Below the pieces are notes generated by a model that was given only the letters and a program-made list of their open reading frames with translations, made no database searches and was not told where the DNA came from. Positions 1-7,215 of a DNA stretch of 24,000 nucleotides are shown in pieces. The translations under genes and the position numbers were made by a program. Position 1 is the first letter of the stretch; each line of letters starts with the position of its first letter. The stretch lies in NCBI GenBank assembly GCA_050043005.1, contig JBHJIZ010000069.1, forward strand, positions 1-24,000. Reading direction: 5' to 3'. This DNA is from Paracoccaceae bacterium. Its GTDB lineage: Bacteria; Pseudomonadota; Alphaproteobacteria; Rhodobacterales; Rhodobacteraceae.

Positions 1-2
1 CG

Positions 3-221
3 GGATCGCCCTGGGAGAACGGATACTGTGAGAGCTTCAACGCCCGGTTCCGCGATGAACTTCTGAACGGCGAGATCTTCTATTCGCTCCGCGAGGCTCA
101 GATCCTGATCGAACAATGGCGGCGTCACTACAACACGGTCCACCCGCACAGCGCGCTTGGCTACCGACCCCCAGCTCCAGAGAGCATCATCCCGATGGAC
201 CACACACCCCTCATGCAATAA
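3..221 (+). mobile_element. 3' end of an rve/integrase-core DDE transposase gene (IS3-like); the 5' part lies outside the window
   Basis: Frame 3 reads GSPWENGYCESFNARFRDELLNGEIFYSLREAQILIEQWRRHYNTVHPHSALGYRPPAPESIIPMDHTPLMQ, with TAA at 219-221. The PWENGY.ESFN...YN..HPHS.LGY tail is the conserved C-terminus of rve-domain IS transposases. It is absent from the ORF track because it has no start codon in the window. Confidence 0.8.
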
Positions 222-371
222 CATTCTGTTTGGGCCACTCAGTGGGGGCTCTCCAAATTTGGCGCACACCGGCCGACGGAATATCTCTTCAAGGTGGGCT
301 ATAGTAAAGTCGGATTTTCGATGCTGCGATCGCGAAGATGAAGACGTCGACCGATAGCATTTCTGGGCCGT

Positions 372-602
372 TCAGCCCTGCAACGCCTTCCAGATCCTCT
401 CTGGCGTCGCGGCGCCGTCGAACTGGCGCGCTCCATATGGCCATAGCGCTTCGACGACTGCATTCGCGAGCGCAGCGGGGGCGCCGACAACTGATGCTTC
501 TGCCGCGCCCTTCACGCCTAGTGGATTTGTCGTGCAACGCGTCCGCAAATAGCTGACATCCAAGGAAGGTAGGTCATCGGCCCGCGGCATTGCATAGTCC
601 AT
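372..602 (-). pseudogene. C-terminal stub of a molybdopterin-binding dehydrogenase large subunit (xanthine dehydrogenase / CoxL / aldehyde oxidase family)
   Basis: The 76-aa ORF DYAMPRADDLPSLDV...NPLGVKGAAEASVVGAPAALANAVVEAL...TPERIWKAL matches the extreme C-terminal signature of this family (DY.LP...D.P...NPLG.KG.GE....GAP.A.ANAV.DAL...TPE..W.AL). These proteins normally have more than 700 aa, so only the tail is present. Confidence 0.65.
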
Positions 603-1042
603 GAAGGAGGCCGCAAGAGGCTAGCCGCTGCTCGGGTCTACCGCAACACCCAGGAACGATCTTCAATGCCTCCGCCACAATATCTTCCACCTGCCGAGGC
701 ACCGGGCTGTCTGCAAACGCTTTATGATCCCATTGTCCTGTTTGCCAAGCATATGCTTTGATCCACAGTTCTTCGTAGGTGTCGGGGCTGAACGGCGCGA
801 TTAGCTCAGCAGCTTTGCCCCCGCAGCTCACTAACCGAGTGGGTGTTGATCTTTCCATCCAAGGCAGCGTCTTGACCCTTATCCAACGCCTGGGTCAGCA
901 GCCTCGTCGCTGTACAGGCTTCAATGATCGCCTTGGCTCCACTCTGGCGCTCAGCAAGACGATTACGTTCAAATCCAACGAGATTGCGTAGAAGCTTACC
1001 AAGCTGTTCGGCGATATTGCCGAAACCAAGAACATCATTCAT
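574..1042 (-). pseudogene. Unknown gene that appears split by a frameshift (ORFs 806-1042 and 574-858)
   Basis: The start at 1042 has a strong RBS (GAGGAGAAATAAATG). The reading frame ends at 806 while a second ORF in another frame overlaps it (806-858) and continues to 574. I recognised no family. The 3' end runs into the dehydrogenase stub. Confidence 0.3.
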
Positions 1043-1104
1043 TTATTTCTCCTCAAAATTTTTCTCATTTTACCACAATCCTTATCCGCAACATAATCTG
1101 CTTT

Positions 1105-1499
1105 ATGGGGCGGATAAGTCAGGAATGTCCGGAACTCCGAAACAATGTCATCCATCATTCGGCCCAGGGTTCTCAATACACGTCCGTAGCCTATGGGTTG
1201 AGGTGCAAGGAAGCACAGGTTCGGCCAAGCATGGGGTCGGTCGGCGATGCCTACGACAACGCCATGTGCGAGAGTTTCTTCGCCACGCTCGAATGCGAAC
1301 TGCTCCAGCGCCGGTCGTTCCGCACCAAGGCTGAGGCTCGCATGACGATCTTCACGTTCATCGAAGGATGGTACAATCCCGCCAGACGCCATTCGACGCT
1401 TGGCTACAAGTCACCGGTCGAATACAAAAGAACCAACCCCGGAGGGCTTCAAACTGTAAGCCTATAGCAGTCCACCAAACCGGGGGAACTCCCACTCCA
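1105..1499 (+). mobile_element. 5'-truncated IS3-family OrfB (DDE transposase) with its right terminal inverted repeat
   Basis: HHSAQGSQYTS...SMGSVGDAYDNAMCESFFATLECELL...EARMTIFTFIEGWYNPARRHSTLGYKSPVEY is the classic IS3 OrfB catalytic C-terminus, and the N-terminal two thirds are missing. After the stop (1465-1467), the sequence cagtccaccaaaccgggggaactcccactcCA ends in CA at about 1499, like an IS3 right IR (reverse complement TGgagtgggag...). Confidence 0.85.
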
Positions 1500-1596
1500 A
1501 AAGGCGATCATCGACCCGCGGCACGCCCCGCACCTTCGTTGGCAGCAACGGCTGCATGATCGCCCATTCTTCGTCGGTCAGTTCATGGCGCAGCAT
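1465..1596 (-). mobile_element. N-terminal stub of an IS5-family (DUF4096-type) transposase, cut off by the IS3 end
   Basis: From the ATG at 1596 (RBS GCAGGAGGTTTCA) the frame reads MLRHELTDEEWAIMQPLLPTKVRGVPRVDDR. This is the conserved N-terminus of IS5/IS427-group transposases. Similarity stops at the IS3 inverted repeat (about 1499). Confidence 0.7.
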
Positions 1597-1730
1597 TGAA
1601 ACCTCCTGCTCGGTTGCAGATGTGAAGAAGATAAACGCAGCGTCGCGAATCCCATCTATGGGCACAGAACGTAGAGAATGATACTTTTCGGCTGTCGCAG
1701 CGAGAGCGAATCGTAACCATCTAAAATCAT

Positions 1731-3002
1731 TCACAATAATTTTCGTTTGGGCTCTATGCTTACTGGGAAATCTTCGCCGATGCGATAAGATACAGGTCGC
1801 TCAGGATCAGAGAGATTTTCAAGAGCAAACTTCGCGACTCTGCGCTTGAATTCGTCATGATGAGATGCCCATCTAATATCTTCGGGAACGATAAATGCTT
1901 TGAGGCGCCGATTAGCGCGATCATTCGTTTGCCGGACAGCAACTCTAGCGACGCCAGGCGCTGTCCGGAGAACCTGCTCAACATAATTTGTAAAGACGTT
2001 CACACCGCCGATCTGTATTGCACTATCTTTACGACCCAGAACCTGAAAACTATCTTCACTAATACTTTTAATCTGATCCGGTGGCTCAATTACTCGACGA
2101 GTCAGCTGAGTAACCGGGATTGTATCACCAGACCGCTCGACCGGTCGCACATGCGGCAAGAATTCGAAGGGAGCGTCGGGCGCATCACGCAACCCGACCC
2201 CGAGCGTTTCGGTGGAGCCATACACCTCGACGAGGCGTCCAAGCCCACTTTGCTGCACTTGAGGCCAAAGCTCAGACGGCGCAGGCGCCGTAGAAGTCAC
2301 ACCGGTACACCCAGCCGGGATTGATGCCCCCGACTTCAGATGCAAACCCCAAGTGAAAGGGGTGCCGATGATCAAATCTCCTGCGTGGCCTTCACGTGCC
2401 AGCGCGCCCGGAGACTTTGAGGCAAGATCAAGCACCAGCCAATCATTGACAAGCGGCGACAAGACGGTGAACAGAAATCCATAGATGTGATGTGCTGGCA
2501 CCTGCGCAACCGCGCGCGAAACCTCCCCGAAGATTTGAGGATGAGTTGACACTTCCTCGACCAGGTCTTCTACGCTGTGCACTATCTGCTTTGGCACACC
2601 GGTAGAACCTGAGGTTTCGAAGACGATTTGCTCGGGCTCGGCATCTGGAAGCTGGCGGAACCCGTTCGCAATGATCTCGCACCACTCTCCAAGTTGGCGA
2701 TGAATTAACAAGTAATCCTCGACCCCGGTACGGTGTAGCAAAAATATTCGATTGATCGCGGCGACGAGTTCGAGCAGCGCAAGGCTGTCGACACCCATTT
2801 CATCGTCGTTGACGGCAGTCTTACTCGTCCAACTGTTAGTCTCGGCTACCGGAACGGCCTGTCCGCGAATCCGCCCGAGTTCGCGCGCCAGTAAAGCAGT
2901 AACTGGGCGGAAAAGGGCATTCTCGCGTCCCTTCAGAAGCATTCCTAGTCTCGGTTGCAACGGCGTGGGCACTTCATCACCCAATAGACGGGTCTCAATC
3001 AT
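1731..3002 (-). CDS. pcl: p-coumarate ligase-like adenylate-forming enzyme (ANL superfamily) with a carrier-protein-like N-terminal region
   Basis: 423 aa. ANL core motifs are present: ETSGSTGVPK (A3), EVYGSTETLG (A5), GRKDSAIQIGGVNV (A8). The short N-terminal part carries MGVDSLALLELV. The gene sits in a pyp/tal context, as for Rhodobacter pCL. RBS GAGG lies 5 nt before the ATG. Confidence 0.8.
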   Translation of the reverse strand: MIETRLLGDEVPTPLQPRLGMLLKGRENALFRPVTALLARELGRIRGQAVPVAETNSWTSKTAVNDDEMGVDSLALLELVAAINRIFLLHRTGVEDYLLIHRQLGEWCEIIANGFRQLPDAEPEQIVFETSGSTGVPKQIVHSVEDLVEEVSTHPQIFGEVSRAVAQVPAHHIYGFLFTVLSPLVNDWLVLDLASKSPGALAREGHAGDLIIGTPFTWGLHLKSGASIPAGCTGVTSTAPAPSELWPQVQQSGLGRLVEVYGSTETLGVGLRDAPDAPFEFLPHVRPVERSGDTIPVTQLTRRVIEPPDQIKSISEDSFQVLGRKDSAIQIGGVNVFTNYVEQVLRTAPGVARVAVRQTNDRANRRLKAFIVPEDIRWASHHDEFKRRVAKFALENLSDPERPVSYRIGEDFPVSIEPKRKLL

Positions 3003-3037
3003 AGCGCCTCAATGCTTCACGATTGGATCGAAAGAAG

Positions 3038-3060
3038 CCGGCGCGTACGCAGCGCGCCGG
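3038..3060 (-). terminator. GC-rich hairpin between the unknown paralogue and pcl (possible intrinsic terminator or attenuator)
   Basis: ccggcgcg (3038-3045) pairs with cgcgccgg (3053-3060) around a 7-nt loop. On the minus strand the hairpin is followed by CTTCTTTCGA. Confidence 0.4.
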
Positions 3061-3082
3061 GTTAGCTGTACGTCCTGAATGA

Positions 3083-3565
3083 TCAGTGGACATCAACTTC
3101 GTGAAGGATCTCGCCCAGAAGACCTGCGTACTGGTCACGCGCCGCCTTCGCTCTGGCCATTAGCGAATATCCCAAAGCCGCCAGTTCGACCGCGCTGAGG
3201 GAAGCGTCGTCTGCAAAGCTGTCGACCCGCATATCCGCTGCCGCATCATAGCTCTCGAGAGTCTCCATGACCTCGTCGAAAGAAGCGAACTCCCACGCTT
3301 TCGCGCGATCACGAGCATTCTCGTCGGCGAAGAAGATTTTCACTGCGGCTACAAAGGTCTGATTAGCTGTCCGATAGATGTTAATTTCGAACCAATACGG
3401 GGCGCCAGGGATGAAGTTCATGGCCATGCAGAGCTCGGTTCCGTCAAAGATCAACGGTCGTTGCCCAGTGCGCATGATTTTGTACTGCATTGGCGGCATG
3501 GTCATCGGAATGGAGTCATTCTCCATCGTGGTGTCCTGCATTTCAAATGGAGACATCTGATTCAT
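3083..3565 (-). CDS. Unknown protein, paralogue P1 of a three-member family in this window
   Basis: The ORF track entry is 3083-3610. I prefer the ATG at 3565 (MNQMSPF...), which has GGGAAG 7 nt upstream and lies just after the P2 stop. It shares three colinear sequence blocks with P2 (3582-4202) and P3 (10642-11082). No known domain recognised. Confidence 0.6.
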   Translation of the reverse strand: MNQMSPFEMQDTTMENDSIPMTMPPMQYKIMRTGQRPLIFDGTELCMAMNFIPGAPYWFEINIYRTANQTFVAAVKIFFADENARDRAKAWEFASFDEVMETLESYDAAADMRVDSFADDASLSAVELAALGYSLMARAKAARDQYAGLLGEILHEVDVH

Positions 3566-3581
3566 GTGAGAACTTCCCGTA

Positions 3582-4202
3582 TCATGAGTGAAGATGGATG
3601 GGCCCAGCACCCAGCGCAGCAGTCAGGAGCCGGCTGAAGTCCAAGCGCAGAGATGCTAGCATCTCGTTGTGTGAGCTAGCAGAAGAGACGGTGTCGAAGG
3701 CCAGCCATGACCAACCTTCAGCGGGTTCGTAGCGTGCAATAAACTGATCAAGATCAGCTGCCGACGATAGGGCTGCTACTTTGTGCAACGGACACGCGGT
3801 GACGCCGTCGGGTACGAGCATTGCTATCCTCGCATAAACCTTACCAGCCGAGGTAAGATAGATCGAGAATTCCTGACGAATTGGCACGGATCCGCTGCTC
3901 ACCAAGGTGTCGATCGATCGATCCACCAACAGTATTCCCTCGAACACTATTGGCCGTTTGCCGTCGCAGCGTAGCCGATAACGAGTATAGGCACCTGACA
4001 ACAGGTTGGTTCCATCATCGACCACGTCTGCCTGAGCAGACAGAAGCATTACCTCATCTGAATTCGGCGTAGCTGGCACAAACGGAATGCGGGAGAGCGC
4101 GTGGGCAACAGGAGCACCCGATGGGTGCCCCCCCCGCCGTGCCCGGAACAAAACGCGCAGATCGTCGTGGATGAACACGCTGCTAGACTGTTGTCCGGTC
4201 AT
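3582..4202 (-). CDS. Unknown protein, paralogue P2, immediately downstream of pyp
   Basis: 206-aa ORF, 44 nt after the pyp stop. The core YRLRCDGKRPIVFEG ... EFSIYLTSAGKVYARIAML ... HKVAALSSAADLDQFI parallels P1 (YKIMRTGQRPLIFDG ... FEINIYRTANQTFVAAVKI ...). Confidence 0.6.
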   Translation of the reverse strand: MTGQQSSSVFIHDDLRVLFRARRGGHPSGAPVAHALSRIPFVPATPNSDEVMLLSAQADVVDDGTNLLSGAYTRYRLRCDGKRPIVFEGILLVDRSIDTLVSSGSVPIRQEFSIYLTSAGKVYARIAMLVPDGVTACPLHKVAALSSAADLDQFIARYEPAEGWSWLAFDTVSSASSHNEMLASLRLDFSRLLTAALGAGPIHLHS

Positions 4203-4246
4203 TTCTCTGAACCCACCCGAAAGTGTTGATCGTCAGGTCACTTAAT

Positions 4247-4618
4247 TCAAGTGCGCTTGACGAATATCCAACAGTTGCCATCATTTGATGCTTTTAAGTG
4301 GATTCTTACTTTGACATTGGCACCCTTGTAAGCAAACTGATAGTCAAACAGCGTGTTGACCTGGCCCGTCTTCGCGAACTTGATGAACTCGCTATGGAAC
4401 CGTTTGCCCTTCGCGCAGGGCGCGATGTCGTTGAAGAAGTTCTTGCCCATCACGCTGGAAGGATCTCGACCAGCAATAAGACCTTCAGCCTTGTTGTACT
4501 TCAGGATTTTGCCGGTGCGATCGACCATGACGGCACCGAAGGGAAGATATTCTGCGCGTCGCGGCTCGGCCTGCAGAATATTGTCGATATCGTTCGTACC
4601 AAAAGGAATGACGTCCAT
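4247..4618 (-). CDS. pyp: Photoactive yellow protein (PAS-fold p-coumaric acid photoreceptor)
   Basis: 123 aa, collinear from memory with Halorhodospira and Rhodobacter PYPs: IPFGTNDIDNIL, PFGAV, YNKAEGLIAGRDP (equivalents of Tyr42, Glu46, Arg52), GKNFFNDIAPC (chromophore Cys codon at 4415-4417) and a WIFVKR C-terminus. RBS GAGGA lies 9 nt upstream. Confidence 0.95.
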   Translation of the reverse strand: MDVIPFGTNDIDNILQAEPRRAEYLPFGAVMVDRTGKILKYNKAEGLIAGRDPSSVMGKNFFNDIAPCAKGKRFHSEFIKFAKTGQVNTLFDYQFAYKGANVKVRIHLKASNDGNCWIFVKRT

Positions 4619-4641
4619 TTACCCAGTCCTCTACTTCGGAA

Positions 4642-5079
4642 TTAGTCGTTTGGAGCGCGATCGTAAGCGCCGTCCACGTTCTGTTGGAATGTATCGTTAC
4701 GGGTCGCCGATTGATCTATCAGGCGCTCCATACTGTTTCGGCTCGCAGGGTTATCGTCTGAGACCTCGCGACCCTCGGGCGCGATCCAGCGATAGTCCAT
4801 ATCGCCCATTGACACCACGCATTGCGGCATTCGCTCAAACCGCGATTGATGTTCGTCCTTCAGAATGTCGAGGTCGATTTCATCGGCCTCACCCATCTCC
4901 ATCAGGGCTTCAATCTCACTGATCTGACCTTCCATGTCAGCTTGATTGGCCTGAGTGATAATTTCTGTTGCCGCTTCGAGCACCCATTCAGCATGGGCGC
5001 CGCGAACGACCAGATTCAGCTCGTCAAAGCTGAATTCATACCGTCCATTCGCCTTCTTCAGGCGACCGATATCATCCAT
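4642..5079 (-). CDS. Acidic unknown protein (145 aa), first gene of the pyp operon
   Basis: The ORF track entry is 4642-5163. The ATG at 5079 (MDDIGRLKK...) has AGGAG 7 nt upstream, and the 28 codons before it look non-coding. The stop lies 23 nt before the pyp start. No domain recognised. Confidence 0.55.
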   Translation of the reverse strand: MDDIGRLKKANGRYEFSFDELNLVVRGAHAEWVLEAATEIITQANQADMEGQISEIEALMEMGEADEIDLDILKDEHQSRFERMPQCVVSMGDMDYRWIAPEGREVSDDNPASRNSMERLIDQSATRNDTFQQNVDGAYDRAPND

Positions 5080-5321
5080 TGCGCATCTCCTGTTGCCTAT
5101 GGGTCCTACCGAATCCGGAGCGCGAACCCACGCAAAGGGCTTTTGGCATATGCCCCTTAACAAACCTTCGCTGCAGTCATTCCAAACCAGTATTGAATTC
5201 TTAGACTTTGCTTAAATCTCCAAAAAAACTGTGCTCTCAGACGTCAGTTGATGTGCTGTTAACCAAGGCACCCGCAAACGTGGGTTTGAAACGAACTGAG
5301 CGGAGTGCGGGAGACCACTGA

Positions 5322-6905
5322 ATGCTCGAAAACACCGCGGGCTTTGCCGATCCAGGATCCGCTTCCAAGATCGTCGAGATCACCGGAACCCTATCGATTT
5401 CAGATTCCATAGCGGTTGCGGAAGGTCGTGCGGTACCGGTTCTTAGCTCTGACGCGTCCGAACGTATCGTGGCCGCGCACGGGAGGTTGCGAACCTGCGT
5501 GCGTCAGGCCCGTCTGGTTTATGGGGTTACGACGGGTTTCGGACCATTGGCGAACCGCCAGGTCGGCACGCACGACATTCAACTTCTGCAACGCAACCTA
5601 ATCTACCATCTAGCAACTGGGGTCGGAGACGTCGCGGACTGGGTGACGGCCAGGATGATCGTCGTAGCCCGGCTATCCTCTATCGCGCAGGGCGTATCAG
5701 GCGCTTCTCCCGAACTGGTCGCACGATTGCTTGGCTTGCTCGGCAGCCCGTACGCCCCGAGAATCCCGATGAAAGGCACTGTGGGAGCCAGCGGAGATCT
5801 CACGCCGTTGGCGCACATGGCCTTGGCGCTCCTCGGTGAAGGCAACTTTATTGACCGCGACGGAAGCGAGGTTTCGTCAGAGAAGGTTCTCGGGACCATT
5901 GGCGGGCCGTTCTCTCTGGAAAGTCGCGACGGTCTGGCATTGGTTAACGGCACGTCGGTCATGACGGCATTGGCCGTGTTGGACGTACGCAGAGCTGAGC
6001 GGTTGATCGAGATGGCCGAACGCTTGACCGTGGGTATGGCAGAGATCCTGAACGGTCGAGCCGAGGCTTGGCATGACGCATTCGCGCGACATCGCCCCCA
6101 TCCGGGACAAGTCGAGACAGCCAAAAGGTTGCGCTTGTTTGCGAAGGGGTCGGCCATGTTGGTCGAGGCATTGGCGGCAGAAACGCTGTTAAACCCGGCT
6201 TTGGCAGCGCAAGTGGTCGAGCGCCCCTTACAGGACGCGTACACGTTGCGGTGTGCGCCACAAGTGATCGGCGCCGCGCGGGACATGCTGGCAACTCATT
6301 TGGAAACAACCCAGCGCGAGTTGAATAGCGCGACGGACAATCCACTGTTCCCAGAGGATGCTCCGGCATTGCACGGTGGGAACTTCATGGGGCAGCATAT
6401 CGGCTTTGCGTCGGACCTGCTGTCAAATGCGACTCTAACCCTTGCCGCCTTCGCGGAGCGGCAAATCGCACGTCTGACGGACGAGCGTCTGAATGAGGGT
6501 CTGCCCGCATTCCTGCATCAGGGAAGCTGCGGCTTGAACAGCGGTTTGATGGGCGCACAGGTCACAGCGACCGCCATTCTGGCCGAAATGCGCTCTCGTT
6601 CTGTTCCTGCATCAATGTTGTCGATCTCCACCAACGGGGCCAATCAGGATCATGTCTCGATGGGGACGATTGCCGCGCGCAACGCTCGAGACCACCTCAA
6701 GGATTTCTCAATGGTGCTGTCGATACTGGGTCTTGCCGTGGCGCAGGGTATCGATTGTCGGGGACAGTCGAACAGGTTCGCTTCGGCTACGCTGGACCTG
6801 TACCGCTTCGTCAGAGATCATAGCGAGACGCTGACTGAAGACCGCCCTCTCTCGCCTGACATTCTGAGGCTGGCCGATGCGATACTCAACACCGATCCAT
6901 TCTGA
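5322..6905 (+). CDS. tal: Tyrosine ammonia-lyase (HAL/PAL/TAL family, MIO cofactor)
   Basis: 527 aa with GVTTGFG, the MIO-forming GASGDL (Ala-Ser-Gly at 5787-5795), LVNGT and NQDHVSMG. The substrate-selectivity position reads YHL (His codon 5607-5609), which is the His-Leu switch described for Rhodobacter TAL. The gene is divergent from the pyp operon. Confidence 0.9.
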   Translation: MLENTAGFADPGSASKIVEITGTLSISDSIAVAEGRAVPVLSSDASERIVAAHGRLRTCVRQARLVYGVTTGFGPLANRQVGTHDIQLLQRNLIYHLATGVGDVADWVTARMIVVARLSSIAQGVSGASPELVARLLGLLGSPYAPRIPMKGTVGASGDLTPLAHMALALLGEGNFIDRDGSEVSSEKVLGTIGGPFSLESRDGLALVNGTSVMTALAVLDVRRAERLIEMAERLTVGMAEILNGRAEAWHDAFARHRPHPGQVETAKRLRLFAKGSAMLVEALAAETLLNPALAAQVVERPLQDAYTLRCAPQVIGAARDMLATHLETTQRELNSATDNPLFPEDAPALHGGNFMGQHIGFASDLLSNATLTLAAFAERQIARLTDERLNEGLPAFLHQGSCGLNSGLMGAQVTATAILAEMRSRSVPASMLSISTNGANQDHVSMGTIAARNARDHLKDFSMVLSILGLAVAQGIDCRGQSNRFASATLDLYRFVRDHSETLTEDRPLSPDILRLADAILNTDPF

Positions 6906-6994
6906 TTCATTGAAGATCATCACGTAGATAAGGAACGCCGCCAATAACTCTTTCTTAAGAAACTGGCTCGAACTCCTGATATGCGTTATCGTAC

Positions 6995-7013
6995 CTCCCG
7001 TGAGAAACGGGAG
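6995..7013 (+). terminator. Small hairpin downstream of tal (weak terminator candidate)
   Basis: ctcccgt (6995-7001) pairs with acgggag (7007-7013) around a 5-nt loop, followed by TATCTTAAAT. The stem is short and the U-tract poor. Confidence 0.25.
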
Positions 7014-7215
7014 TATCTTAAATGGACACAGTGCAGGGTTGTGGGGCAGTACGTTTAATCGTCGAAAATGATGGCAAGATTGAGCTTTCGTATCATTTTG
7101 GAACGCTGAATGAGGCGATGGAAATATTCGACTTCATTCGTGATTTCTTTCCCAATGCTAGATACGTCATCGAACCAGCGCTTCACTAAAGCCACAGCAT
7201 AGAACCGCCGGGTCC

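Noticed and set aside
1597-1734. N-terminal 46 codons of the 90-aa ORF 1462-1734, whose ATG overlaps the pcl stop
   Set aside because: Recognisable IS5-transposase sequence begins only at the internal Met (1596), which has its own strong RBS. The upstream part is most likely the IS5 left-end untranslated region read through by chance.
5145-5154. Perfect 10-bp palindrome GGCATATGCC about 65 nt upstream of the pyp-operon first gene, and the 12-bp palindrome TTTCTTAAGAAA at 6951-6962
   Set aside because: They are single short palindromes with no second copy in the window, so I cannot distinguish them from chance. They are worth checking only if a phylogenetic footprint supports them.
5080-5163. 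Longer version of the pyp-operon first gene (track start at 5163, MLRGICQKPFAWVRAP...)
   Set aside because: No RBS precedes 5163, and the extra 28 residues are Cys/Arg/Pro-rich. The internal ATG at 5079 has AGGAG at ideal spacing.
5603-6369. Minus-strand ORFs of 227 and 136 aa inside tal
   Set aside because: They are antisense to a full-length, motif-complete ammonia-lyase gene, and their composition is Arg/Ala/Ser/Pro-biased with no recognisable motif.
6965-6976. ggctcgaactcc resembles a tRNA T-arm (GGTTCGAATCC), which hints at a tRNA or att-site remnant
   Set aside because: The flanking bases do not form a T-stem or acceptor stem, and no cloverleaf can be drawn on either strand.
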